Of a stretch of 64,000 bases of DNA, positions 23,425-40,560 are shown in pieces. Origin of the DNA: Rhizaria sp. SCN 62-66 (Eukaryota). A model generated the notes under the pieces. That model was not told where the DNA came from. It saw nothing but the letters and a program-made list of their open reading frames with translations, and ran no database searches. Made by a program: the position numbers and the translations under genes. The number at the start of each line of letters is the position of its first letter. The stretch's first letter is position 1. Location: positions 1 to 64,000 of the forward strand of contig MEDY01000055.1 in NCBI GenBank assembly GCA_001724265.1. The letters run 5' to 3'.

Positions 23425-24156
23425 GGTTGCACCTGTCGTTAGCAAGCACAGGGACGGGCAAGCAGGGGCAGAAAGAAGCAGGAAGAGGGGGCGATGGGGA
23501 AAGGGGGCGAGGGGAGGAAAGAACCAAAGGAGACAATGCAAAGAGCCGACGGGTAAGAGTGGGGAAGATAGGGAGTGGGGGGTAGGTAGAGATATACATC
23601 ATAATTCAGTGCAATCCCTGACTGACCGCGCTGAGGGTCACGGGGGATGGGGTGACTCATCGAAAGGGGACCTCGAAGGAGTTCTCAGAAGCAAGGTCGA
23701 CAGCCCTCCCTCGAGGCGAAACCAGCACTGCCAGGCCGAGAGAGCGCCCACCACAGACATATGATGTTTAAAGAGCAATACAATTCCCTCCCGAAATTGC
23801 TAAAAGGCTATATATGCTTTCCTGGGCAGCACACAACCAGGTTTGATGTTCCCCACATGGCTCGCCCGAAATTAAGCCGCGGTGGGGGTTCAGCTGCTCA
23901 CGGTCACCTGGCTGGCTGGTCAACTTTCGCGTTCGAAACACGTTTGTGGTGGAGACGAATGTCCGCTTCTTATCATCTCTTATATACGCCCATTTCTCAT
24001 TTCATGCTAGTGTTGTTAAGATATATCATTGTGCGAAATTGCAGAAATTTAGTATATTATTTTAGTGCTCTATCTTACGATCAATGTGCTCACTTTTCAC
24101 TCATTTTGTGAAACTGATGCTGATCTTAACTTCGATTGGATCTCTTAGGTACACCG

Positions 24157-25899
24157 ATGTCCTCGTCGGATGCAGACAGCTTTGCTGCCCGACTGGCACA
24201 GGGCAAGACAGAGATGCGTATTGCGGACGTACCCACTGTAATCTCTTTGCTCAACAATACAGAGACGATCCACGCGACGCTGGAGCACTTAGCGCCCCAG
24301 CTGCCCCAACTCGTTGACAACGTTGCCGGTCTCTTGATCGAAGTTCCGACAGAGCAAGGTTCTCAACTTCTTCATGCGCTTACGCGCCACGGTGACCTCA
24401 ACGTGCGCCGTGCTGTCGTAGAGAGCGGTGTTGCTCAGGACCTCACTTACTTCGCCACGTCGGCCATCTCCAGCGGCTCAGAGACGATCGCACTGCGTGC
24501 TCTCGCGTCTATCAACGCGCTCGTGACGCCCACAGTCAACGACGACGTCGACGCCTTTGTCGCGGCGTCCTCCAGCGAGCGTCGCTCCCGCGCGCGCGAT
24601 GCTGCGCACGAGCGCGCGCTGACTGAGGCCGCCGAGGCGGACCTGGAGGAAGAGTATGACCTAATCCAGTCAACCAAGCTCGAGGTGCGCAAGGGCCGCG
24701 TAGTGCACGTCGTGCGCGCTCTCGCGGCCGAGTCGCCCGAGAAGCTGACGCCGCGCATGATCATTGCACTGGCCACGCTGTGGAGCAATGTGTACGCGAA
24801 CCGTACCGACGGCGACGCGCGCAAAGACGACTTCGCCTTCTCCGAGGTCGACGCCGGCGTGCACATGCTCAAGACGCTCGTCAAGGCCCTCGACGCGCGC
24901 GAGAAGGCCGAGCAGGACTCGCAATCGTCCGACAAAGCTGAAGAGCCCTCGATAGAGGGCGGTGCGGCCGAGCGCGCGCAGAACAGCTCGATCTTGGCCG
25001 CTACGGCCACGGTCGCGGCCGCGTTCGAGAAGCTGTACGCGGGCTTGGGCGAGCAGGATCTCGTGCGGCTGCTCGACGACGCGCTGCTGATGCGCAAGCT
25101 TGCGCTCTGGCTGGGCTCCGCGGACACAGCCGTGGCGGCCCACGCCGCGGGCGTTGTCGCCGCGTTCAGCCGCTTCCCCGGCCTCACCGCGCGGGCCTTC
25201 TCGCCCCGCGGCGGCAACCTCGCGGCCGCGCTCGAGACCCTGCTGGGCCCGCAGTCGCCCGCGCACACGCTGCGCGTCGCCGCCGCCACGCTGGTTGCCG
25301 CGCTCGGGAGCTTCCCCGCACTCGCGGCCCAGACGGCTGCGCGCGGTACTGTGCTCCGCGCCGGCTACATGCTGAACCACACCGACTACGGCGTGCGGCT
25401 GGCGGCGCTCGAGCTGATCCGCGCCTTCGCGCCGCACATGGTGCCGCGAATGGTAGACGAGGTGCTGGGGCTGGGCACGGCGCGCTTCCTCGTCGACTGC
25501 GGCGAGGATATCATCGCCGTGCGCCGCCGGGCCGACGGGCGCATCGCTGCCGCCACGGTGGGCTCCGACCTCGCCGCCGCCACTGCGGGCGCCGCGGGCG
25601 CCACTGCAGGCGCCGCCTCTGCGAGCGCCGGTGGGAGCACCGCGGTGGCGGCGCATGCCGGGGCTGATGTGACCGAGAGCGCTGCGGGGCTGGGCGCGAT
25701 TGACAATGTCGCCGTCGTGACCGCGGCCGCCGCGGTGGCCAGCGACCTCGGCCAGATCGCCATCATGTGGGTCAAGGCCGTCAAAGCGCTCGCGTCCGTC
25801 GCCGGCGGGTCAGACCTGCTCGCGGCAGGCGCGCAGAAGGTTATGGGGCGGGTTATCGAAGCGTTCCCGGAGGCTGAGGCGTCGCTGCGGTTCGCCTGA
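24157..25899 (+). CDS. Armadillo/HEAT-like helical repeat protein (possibly SmgGDS/RAP1GDS1-like)
   Basis: ~580-aa ORF with amphipathic helical repeats, e.g. 'LRVAAATLVAAL...MLNHTDYGVRLAALELIRAF'. Possible upstream exon. Ends in TGA. Confidence 0.5.
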   Translation: MSSSDADSFAARLAQGKTEMRIADVPTVISLLNNTETIHATLEHLAPQLPQLVDNVAGLLIEVPTEQGSQLLHALTRHGDLNVRRAVVESGVAQDLTYFATSAISSGSETIALRALASINALVTPTVNDDVDAFVAASSSERRSRARDAAHERALTEAAEADLEEEYDLIQSTKLEVRKGRVVHVVRALAAESPEKLTPRMIIALATLWSNVYANRTDGDARKDDFAFSEVDAGVHMLKTLVKALDAREKAEQDSQSSDKAEEPSIEGGAAERAQNSSILAATATVAAAFEKLYAGLGEQDLVRLLDDALLMRKLALWLGSADTAVAAHAAGVVAAFSRFPGLTARAFSPRGGNLAAALETLLGPQSPAHTLRVAAATLVAALGSFPALAAQTAARGTVLRAGYMLNHTDYGVRLAALELIRAFAPHMVPRMVDEVLGLGTARFLVDCGEDIIAVRRRADGRIAAATVGSDLAAATAGAAGATAGAASASAGGSTAVAAHAGADVTESAAGLGAIDNVAVVTAAAAVASDLGQIAIMWVKAVKALASVAGGSDLLAAGAQKVMGRVIEAFPEAEASLRFA

Positions 25900-26280
25900 G
25901 GTCGACGTCACACTCAGTAGTACACGGCAAGACCAGTGCTAGGAGTGAGAGGCTGAGAAGTTATATAGAGTTTTATCTTCATGTTTGCACTGAAGGAGGA
26001 TTATGTAGTTATTTTAACCGAATCGTTCATGATTCATGAACGATTCATTTCGTTTATATGGTTTAAGAATACAAACCAGCATTAGTTTCAAGGAATCATC
26101 GCGTTGACAGGAGAAGTCGTTGAGCGTGGAATAATTTTAAAAAATAGTCATGTTTATTTGCAATATAATTCTTTTTAAGTCGATAGTCAATCAAACCAAA
26201 AGTCACTAATGTCAATTTCACTTCTCTTGCACAGAGGCTTTCAGCACAAGGCACGCGCTGGCACACGTTGTTGTCGTTGT

Positions 26281-29200
26281 TTACTTCCAGTAGGACGCGA
26301 ATGAGTGGATCTTGTCGTTGACAACGGTCAGGAACGCGCCCAGCGATTCGTCAATCTTGCCCAAGATGTAGTGCGAAGCCTCCTCGTCGGTAAGCGCGAG
26401 CTGGAAGTTGTCCTGGACCTTAGAGATATGCGTCTCGGGCGCGTCCATCATGTTGGGGATGCCGGCGTCGGCCATGAGCGTCAGCAGCGTGATGATCAGG
26501 TTCGCGTGCTTGCGCAGGATGTTGAACGCCAGACAGCAGTAGTGACGGAAGTCCCGGTAGTGTGCAGACTGCGCGCCGCCCATGGCCTCGAACATCTGGC
26601 GGCTGAACTTCATCGGCGGCGGTCCCGGCTTGGGGTCCTTGCCGAAGATGAAGCCGAAGTCGATGTGGAACATGTGCCCGTCGGTCGTGATCAGGATGTT
26701 CTCCAGGTGGCGGTCGCCGATGCCGAGCAGATAGGTCATCACGCAGTAGCCCGCGCAGCTCTTGACAAACGTGTTGAGTACCTCGGCCTGGTCCTTCTGC
26801 TTCGGGTTGTGGTGACAGAAGAACTTCTTGAGGTCTTTGCTGTGCTCGGCCTCGATGTCCTGGATCGTGTGCGAGTTGGCCACGAACTCGACAAAGCCGT
26901 CGTCGGGCGAGGTCGCGATCACGCGGTAGGGCGTCAGCCGCAGGTCCAGCAAGTGCGTCTTGAGCAGGCGGTCCATCAGGCCGAATAGCTAGTGTTGAGA
27001 GAGAAAAGAAGGAGAGAGAGAGATACAGACAATGATTGGTGAGTTACACGTTCCTCAGAGTGCTTGATTTTGATTCAAGAGTTTTAAGAATCGTGAGGGA
27101 ATCGAAATGACAACATATCACGTACCTGTAGAATGAGCTGATCCTGGCGCAAGTCGTCGCCGGACTTGAATATGACCTTGTATTCGCCACCGGGCGCGAC
27201 GACCTGCCGGCCCAAGTGCGCGTCGCCCTTGGGCTCGCACCCCAGCGTCGCAGACATCCCCATCGGCAGCGGCCCCGGCGGCGGCGCGCTGAACGTCACC
27301 ACCGGGTCCGCCGCCACCGCGGCGGCCTCGGCGGCGGCGGCGGCGGCGGCCGCGGCGTCGTCATCGTCGCCGGCCGAGGCCGTCTCAGCGGCCCCGGCGG
27401 TGGATGCGCTGGGGGACGTGTTGCTGCCGGAGAGATTCGCGATAAAGCGCGACGTGGCACTGGCGAACATGGCCGAGAAGGTGCGCCCGGCGGAGCGCCC
27501 GCTGTTGCCGTTGCCGTCCGCGCCGTCGGCCGCAGAGGCGGTGCCCACGGTGCGGTGCGTCATCAGGAATGGCGCTTTGGCGGACTTGAACACCGTGCAA
27601 CTCGTCGCGACTGAAAGAAATAAAGAAAGACACAATAAAAATAAAATAAATTCAGTTAGGACGGACATACAGGTATTTCCTAAGTAAGTTAAAACATAAT
27701 GAAATAATTTGTTGCTAAGTAGAGTCAAAAAACGAACCTGTGCTTGCGAGCTGGATCTGCGGAAATAGCGGGAGCGCGATGGGCGGGCTCATCACGGCCA
27801 GGTCCTGGAAGTTGTCCACGGGCGCCTCGAGCGCGGGGTCCGCGCCCGCGGCGGGCATCGGCAGCGACTCGTCGCGCGCCAGCAGCCCGCGCAGCAGCGG
27901 GATCTTCTGCGCCGCCTTGGACTTGCTCGACACGGCGCGCGAGAGGTCGTTCATGCGCTTCAGGTAGCGTGTCTGCGCCAGCAGCTCGGCGTGCCATGCG
28001 GGCCGCACGGCCAGCAGCGTCGCCATAAAGCGCTCCAGCACGCGCTTGAACTCGAGCCCGCGGCTGCGGTCGTAACCCTCGGTGACGAGGAACCAGTAGA
28101 GCGCGTTGGCCAGGTACCCGCAGCGGGCGCAGCGCTCGATCAGCAGCGTCGCGAGCAGCCCCGTGTGCATGGGACCCGCGCGCTCGTAGCGCAGCGCCTG
28201 CACCAGCTGCAGCAGGAATGTGTCGATGTCCTCGTCCGAGGCCGACTCGCGCAGCTGCTTCACCGCGAAGTGCCACACCTGGGAGGGCAGCGACGGCCGC
28301 AGCAGCGCCAGCGCGCTCGCGGGGGAGATGCGCGCCCACGTGGGCAGCACGCGCAGCGCCTCCTCGGCCTCGGCGCGGTCCGACCACGCGACGGCGCCCA
28401 GATACGGCGCCAGCGCGGCCGGGTCGGCCGCCAGGTAGGCGCCGTTGCGGACCATGGCCATGCGCTGGGGCAGCGTGAGCCGCGTGCGCAGCGGCTGTCG
28501 CAGCACCTCGGCGATGGCGGCCAGGTCGCCGGCCGACGGCGGCGGCGCGGGCAGCCCCGCGGCGAGCGCCAGTACCGCCGTCAGTGCGGCCGAGGTGGGC
28601 AGCGGACACGCGGCGTCAGGGTCGTACGTCACCAGGCGGCGGTGGCGGTCCGTCACCGGCAGCACCGATGGGATGCGCTGCGGCGCCTCGTTGTGGTGAT
28701 ACACCACAGGGAAGCGGAACGGCGCAGAGTCGATCGTCAGCGTCAGCGGCGGCGCGTGAGAGAAGTGCGCTGCTGGGTTATATAAAGAAGTTAGGCCGCT
28801 GCCGTCCGCGGCGGAAGTCAGGCCGCCCCCGTAGAGCGCGACGGCGTCGCGGGGCACGGCGCCCGCGCCCTCTGGCGGCGCCCAGTGCGTGCACGCGAGC
28901 GCGACGGGCGCGGGAGCCAGCGCGGCGAGCCGCTCCTGGGCCTCGGTCTCGGCGAAGCGCGCGGCCGCGAGCGCCGACAGCCAGTCGGAGCCGGGCGCGA
29001 GCGCCGCGGCGCCGGCGGCGGGCGCGACGGGCGCGGCGGGCCGGCGCGCGGTGCGGGGCTCGGCGTCGAGCGCGCCCAGCAGCGCCGCGTGGAGGGACTG
29101 CTCCAGCGCGGGCAGCGCCGAGGCCGCCGAGGACAAAGACAGCGGCGCGGGCGCCAGGGCCGAGCTGAGGAAGCGCGGTGTGGGGTCGCCACCCGGCAGT

Positions 29201-30746
29201 CCGCCGCAGACGGCGGCGGCGCTGTTGCTCCCGTTGCAACCGTTGTGGAGTACAAGAGCGCGCGAGACGCCGGTGCTGCCCCCGCTCTCGGCCCCGTCGC
29301 CGTAGCCGCCGCCGTCGCGGTTGCCGTTGTTGGCCGCGACGGGGCGCGTGGGCACACCGAGCAGCAGCGAGGCCGTGAGAGCGGCGTCGGCGGGGGCGAA
29401 CCGCGAGGCGCGGGCCAGCACCCGCCCAATGGCCTCGAGATCCGCGCCCGCCACGGGGGGCTCGGGCCCGGTGACGTGGGCGCTGCTGAAAGTCGCGATC
29501 AGCGCCTCGTCGGCCTCGGCATCGGGCTCGGTCTTGGACTCGGCCTCGGCGCCGGCGTCGGCGTCGATCGCGGAGCCAGCTTCGGAGTTCGCCAAAGTCT
29601 TGACACTCTTCGCGTTGTCTTTGTTGTTGTAGTTGTTGTTGTTGTTGTTGTTGTTGTTAGCGGCAGCGTAGTGCGCGGCGGCTGCGGCCGAGACCATCGC
29701 GATTTCCTTCGCCAACAGCGCATTCTGGGCCGCCACGTCGCCCGCAAGCACTGCGGCGTCCAGGTCGGGGTGCGCAAAGCGGTACGCGCCGTAGCGCGAC
29801 AGCGACACGCTGGGCTCGGCCTCCGCGTCGCCAACACCGTTGACGCCGCCACTGTTGCCGCTTCCACCGTCGCCGCTCCAGTCACCAGAGCCAGCAGCGG
29901 CGGCAGCGGCGGCGGCGCTGCTGCTGCTGTTGCTGTTGCTGCTGGCGACGGGCTTCTGCCCCGCCGCGCGCGCGAGCCCAAGCGCGAGCGAGGACGCTGC
30001 GGGCGCGCGCTGCAAGTGGTCGCGGGCCTCGTCGCGCACGCCCAGTGCGGCCGCGCGCTGCGGGGGCCTGTGGGGCGTGGCCGAGTCGACACTGCCGTCA
30101 CCGACGACACCCGGAGCAAGCGCGAGGCGGCGCGTGCCCAGCTTGAGGCGCCCGTTGCGGTCGAAGAAGGGCAGGCAGGTCCCGCCGACGGGGCGGACGC
30201 GCGGCGCCCACAGGCCCTCGTCGTAGAGCGTGGCGGGGAAGTCGAGGAAGACGTCTGGGTCGGGCCGCAGCGCGCGGGGCGGGACCGGATGCGCGACCTC
30301 GTAGACAGTGAGCGCAAGCGTGGACGACGGTGTGAGCTCGCGGAAGCAGACGGGGAAGGTGACCCACTCGTCGAAGGCGACGTCGAGCGACGACGCGAAA
30401 GTGCGCGGGGTCGTCTGGACCGGGACGCCGACGGGCATGCCGCTGTTGTGAATCTGCGCGACAACGAAGAGCTCGGTGCCGCGCAGGGGCAGCGCGGCGG
30501 CGTCGCGGTGGGTCGCCAGAAAGGCCGCGTCAGGCAGCCATTTGCCAGCCAGAGATGTGCTGCGGAGGAGCAACAGGCAGGCAATCACAAAGGACAACAT
30601 ATGGTGAGAGAAGGTTGCGAGAAACAGTTGATGGAGACAAAGATATGCTTGGCATGAGCATAGTTTCAATGCGAACGAGGAACGTACATCTTGACCTTGA
30701 CGGGGAGGTCGAGGTCCGAGAGACAGAAGAAGTGCTGCAGCGACAT
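26281..30746 (-). CDS. VPS34: Class III phosphatidylinositol 3-kinase Vps34; exons 30746-30688, 30559-27738, 27610-27126, 26988-26281
   Basis: N-terminus 'FFCLSDLDLPVKVKI', C2 'FDEWVTFPVCFREL', PIK 'FLLQLVQALRYE', kinase 'IFKSGDDLRQDQLILQ', 'SCAGYCVMTYLLGIGDRHLEN', 'FHIDFGFI', C-terminal 'IHSFASYWK'. All introns are phase-consistent. Ends in TAA. Confidence 0.95.
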
Positions 30747-31313
30747 GGTGGTTCAGTTCAGTGGTCGCTGCTTCTCGTCACTCCTGCGGACAGAAGCCGC
30801 ACGCACAAGGCGGCAAGCGCGTCGGCGCGCGGGGCGGGGAAAGAGCGGGGCGCGCTGTGGCAGCGCTGGCAGGCGGGGGCAGTGGCCTGGTGGCGCGGGG
30901 TGAGGTGGGAGGGAAGGGGCTAAGACTGTGGGGCAGTGGAGTGAGGTGAGGGATCAAACAAGTGGATATGGTGAGTGTCTGCCGCCATGAGCATAAATCA
31001 AAATTAAGATCATACACAAAACACTCGCAAATAATATATATTACGCGGATGCCGCAACTGACAGATGTTTCGCTTCGCACGAGCTCGTGATAAAGAACGC
31101 GAGACGTCGACGGCGGAAGCTTGAGGTCGAGGTCGAAGCCAAACCGAACGCGTGTCAATTTGACCCTGAAAGTCACTATGTCTTCCGACAATAGAGAGTT
31201 TACCGACATAACCAATTTTTCAACGCAGGTTTGACTTCATTAATAAAACTGCATCGATGCAGCAGGATATATCTGATGCGCAACCTCTCTTGTAAGTCAA
31301 GCACCTCCTCGAT

Positions 31314-36677
<5,364 letters not shown>

Positions 36678-37763
36678 GCTAAATGGCCCAGTTCTTGCAA
36701 GGCTTTTGCTGTGCGACCAGTTAGAAATACTCGATTCTCTTCATATCTGAATCTCTGGTAACAAATAATAATGTGACAAACGTGACGTTGTATGTGCGTT
36801 GATTTAGTTTTGTATTTTTGTTCAGTTCTATATTCTACACCCTTCCATGTGAACCTATGAGTAATGGCTCCTTCTGTTCTGCTTATTTTTTTTTCTTTCG
36901 ACTGCAACCAGTGTTCTGATTTGTTAACCTGCGCGTGGGCTTGCTGTGTCTGCGCTTGCTTGCTTGTGACCAGTGATGACAGTGACTCTTATTACCCTGT
37001 CACACTCTCGTTGCATCAGGAGTCGCCAGCCTGAGTGAACTTGCGTGCGATGATTTTGATTTCGTTTTTGAAAAGTAAGCAATGCCTTCCATATTTCTCC
37101 CTATAACTTTATATATTTTAACCCTGTTGTTCGCCCGCCGTATCTTTGACGCAGGCGCGCGTGCATCGTCAATCAATACATCAAATGCTTCATTTGTTTA
37201 ACATAGCATTGCGAAGACAGGATTCTATGCAGATGTAAAAGTTAAGAGATATTGTTTTGAAAATTGGTCTGTATTTTTTTGTTCTATCTTGTCACTACCA
37301 CACACCGCACTCGCACAATGATCACAACAACACTTGCAACTCCCACAAAAAAAACGATGGGCGTCGCACGTAAATATGCGCAACTCGCACAGAGAATGCT
37401 TTCATACCCACACACTGACGACAGCGGGTGTTTAAGACACACTGTCGTCGGGACACGCGTGCGTGCGCCGTGTGTGAGAAGTACACAGCGACGCGCGCGC
37501 GCGTTGGTGCGTGCGGGCAGACACCGCAGTGAGGCACCGCAAAGCGAGGGAGCTAGAGACTCACACGCTGAGTGGCGCCAAGAGCGGCGGCGTCGGCTCC
37601 CCGTAGGGAGGAGAAAGCGGGGACGAGTGGCGCAGGATGCGTTTACGCGCAGCAGCTCATGGTGATGACGTTATGATGAGACGATAGCAGATGTGGTTGT
37701 TGAAAGTGAGGTGTATGGCAGAGACTAGAGGGTAAACGGACTTTGTCTGGAGACAATGCACGC

Positions 37764-38321
37764 TTACGCCTTGGACTTCTGGCCACCGACCTCGACGTGG
37801 AGGGAGCGCTTGAGGGAGAACTGAGCCATGCAGCCGCAGACGGTGCACTTGAGCTTGAGGACGACCTTCTTGGTGGTCTTCACGTTCTTGCGGAAGACGG
37901 GCTTGGTCTGAGAAGAGCAAGTAAAGAACAAGGATGGAATTATGCAATGAGACATCGGTTGGTCATTCGCGCAGATGTGTGGGCAGCGCAGAGCGACACA
38001 ATAGAGATGCAATGTGTTTTGACGAGTTGCGAGTGGGTGGGAACAGAAACGTACCCTGAGCGAGGAGGGAGGCCTTGCCAGCCTTCTTCTGCCAGGTGAT
38101 GCCCTGGAGAGTGTGCTTCTTGCAACGCTTGCAGTACGTCTTCTTCTGCTTGGGGAAGTTCACCTACGAAAGTCGAAAGAGAAGCCAGAGAGACCAAAGA
38201 GAGACCGAGGGTGAGCCATACGACATTGCACGGGTCATTGCACGCCAATTGGCGGAGAAACAGAGCTGGGAATGAAATGAATAGATATTATAGTGCGAAT
38301 ACAGTCACAACTACGTACCAT
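37764..38321 (-). CDS. RPL36A: 60S ribosomal protein eL42 (L36a/L44); exons 38321-38319 (ATG only), 38163-38055, 37907-37764; apparently missing ~44 nt
   Basis: '[19 protein letters not shown]...GKASLLAQG' and '[21 protein letters not shown]...VGGQK'. Exon 2 ends in phase 1 but exon 3 starts in phase 0 (see findings). Ends in TAA. Confidence 0.85.
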
Positions 38322-39227
38322 TTTGAATGTTGACCAATCAGTGGGATCAAACAGACTCTCTCGAGGTGAGCTCCAGAAGAGTGCGCCACCGACCGACCGC
38401 AAAGTTGGCCAAAATCACTTTCTTTTTTTGAGAACCTCACGCTTGAGGCTCTCATGGTATTTGTACACTTCTTTCACTCAGCACAGGGAGACTAGCTCTT
38501 ATCAGAATATATCAAAGCAGTTATTGTTGTCGGCATGTTAAAATGTTTGTTTCTTGTATTTTATGTTGTTCTTAATCATTTTATGCCTCGAACCCCTCAA
38601 CAACCCCGCCTACCACAGATCACTGGTTCAAGTGCTTACTGGCCTTTGCTCTTCTCCAGTCCTAGTGACACAAAAGCAAGATAAAAATGTCCTAAGACTG
38701 AAGTATTACACTCAAGCAAACTCTTAGAAACTCCCAACATACAATGAAAAACCAGATCATCACGTTCAATGTTGGTTCTAGACACATTGAAACGTGTGTC
38801 TAAGTGATTATGCTGCCGAAGCCTCCGCACTGAGTTTTCTTCTCAAGGCTACTCCTGCAGCCATTGCCGCTGTGCTGCGTGTTCACATAACGCAGCAGCC
38901 GCCGCACTGTGACCGGTCGTTGTCCCCCGGCCCAGTGCCCGGCTGCTGCTGACTGCCGCCGCCGCCGCCGCCGCCGCCGCCGCCCTGAGGCAGCGGCAGC
39001 GGCAGCGGCGGCGGCAGCTCGCGGACCCCTGCCCCCAGCTCGGTGCCGGGCGGCGGCCGCGCGCCCCCCGCCCCCGCGGCGCCGACACCGACGCCGCTGG
39101 GCAGGGAGCTGCTGCTGCCGCCGCCACCGCTGTTGCCGCCGCCAACACTGCTACCGCTCGACGTCGAGGACGACGACGAGTGCGGAGCAGTGCTTCCGGC
39201 GGCGACCGAGCTCGGGGGGGCCTCGAG

Positions 39228-40091
39228 TCAGTTGGTGAGCTGCGCGACTGCGGCGCCCACGTCGCCCTTAGCGGCCAGCAGCGCGCGCTTGGACTGCGCC
39301 TCCTCGAAGCCCATCTCCGTCAGCTGCGTAAGCGCGGCTGGGAAGGCGAACGGCGGCGCCACGGGGGCCGCAGCGGCCGACTTGGCGGCCTCGGGCTTGG
39401 CGTAGGTCGCGGTCCACTGGCGCGCCTCGGCCTCGAACTCGCGGACGGACCGGCGGTACATCTGCGCCACGACGCCGTCCTGCGGGTCGTCGGGGTTGGG
39501 CGAACACAGAAGCAGCGCGATCGACAGCAGCACCGTGCGGATCGTCTGCGCGGGGGACCACTGCGGGGGCGGAGATGCAGGGGAGCAAAGAAGGCGACAG
39601 ACGCGACAAACCAGCAGAGCGAAGGGAGAGAGGTTAGAGAAGACTTCAAGTTGGGGTTAAAATCGTGACATGCGAAAGCACGACCGAGATAAATATATGC
39701 AGAAGCACGATCATCAAGTTACAAAAGATGAGATTCACAGATGGACAGAGCAGCAACACAATCATTTCACTGCTTTTGCGATTGTTTCTAGTAGTGAGTC
39801 AATACGTACCTCATTCTTGAGGATGTCGAGGCAAATGACGCCAGTGACCGAGGACACGTTGGGGTGCCAGACCTTGGTGAGGAACTTGCAGATCGGCGGC
39901 GTGAACGGGTACCCTTCGGGGATGACGATGTCGATGTAGAACTTGCCGCCCTCGTAAGGGGAGCCCTCGGGGCCCTTAATCCAGCCGCGCCAGTGCAGAC
40001 AGGTCGACTCGTCCAGCGGCTCGGCGCCGATCTCGGAGTCCGCGGGGAGCTTCCGCAGCTCCTGCAGCTCGCGACCAAGGCGGAATGCCAT
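39228..40091 (-). CDS. Ubiquitin-conjugating enzyme E2 with C-terminal UBA (UBE2K/Ubc1/UBC27-like); exons 40091-39810, 39560-39228; possible upstream exon near 40333; possible read-through to 38883
   Basis: 'GPEGSPYEGGKF...YPFTPP...[26 protein letters not shown]', 'PNPDDPQD', UBA 'LTEMGFEEAQSKRAL'. Ends in TGA. Confidence 0.92.
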
Positions 40092-40560
40092 CTGCGGCGC
40101 GAGACGGGGAAGGGATGAGAGTACATAAGGGAGCATCGGGCAACGATAGGCGGTGAGCAGTGCAAGAGTGGCAGTTGTCGAGAATAGGGAGACGCGGGCC
40201 ACAGGAAAGCGCCGGCAAACAATACAGGCACAAAGCAGCACAGAAATGATTTAAACACGTTTAATAATACGAGCGCACGTAGCTGGACACGAGAAATCAC
40301 AACCGTCTGCGGTCGTTGCGGCGCTTCTGACATGCCGATTTGTTGGCGAGCTTCGGCCGTTGAAATTGCTGCACAATGGAGCCGAGAGCCGATTTGTGGC
40401 TGCTTCGAGAGCCTCCCATCGAATCTGACAAGCTGCACACACAGTAACATCGTCAGGCGGCTATATCATTTTAATTCAACATACTAGATGTAGTATCTGA
40501 TACGACACGCATACTGACACCCTATTATCTATTGTGTTGCGTCCGTGCAGTCGCCCCCAA

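Noticed and set aside
16999-23442. Long plus-strand ORFs (454, 619, 964 aa) opposite the giant secreted gene, and similar antisense ORFs throughout
   Set aside because: Shadow ORFs caused by extreme GC3 bias; R/G/A-rich translations with no motifs.
26989-26991. TAG next to the last Vps34 exon as another read-through codon
   Set aside because: It is the 3' splice acceptor (pyrimidine-rich tract + TAG) of a phase-0 intron joining 'LILQ' to 'LFGLMD'. The same applies to TAG acceptors at 14971, 42011, 43266, 44791, 49815 and 53852.
37264-37760. GC-moderate stretch downstream of eL42 as an ncRNA or the missing eL42 exon
   Set aside because: No recognisable snoRNA/tRNA boxes and no KRRYDRK-coding sequence seen; probably 3' UTR.
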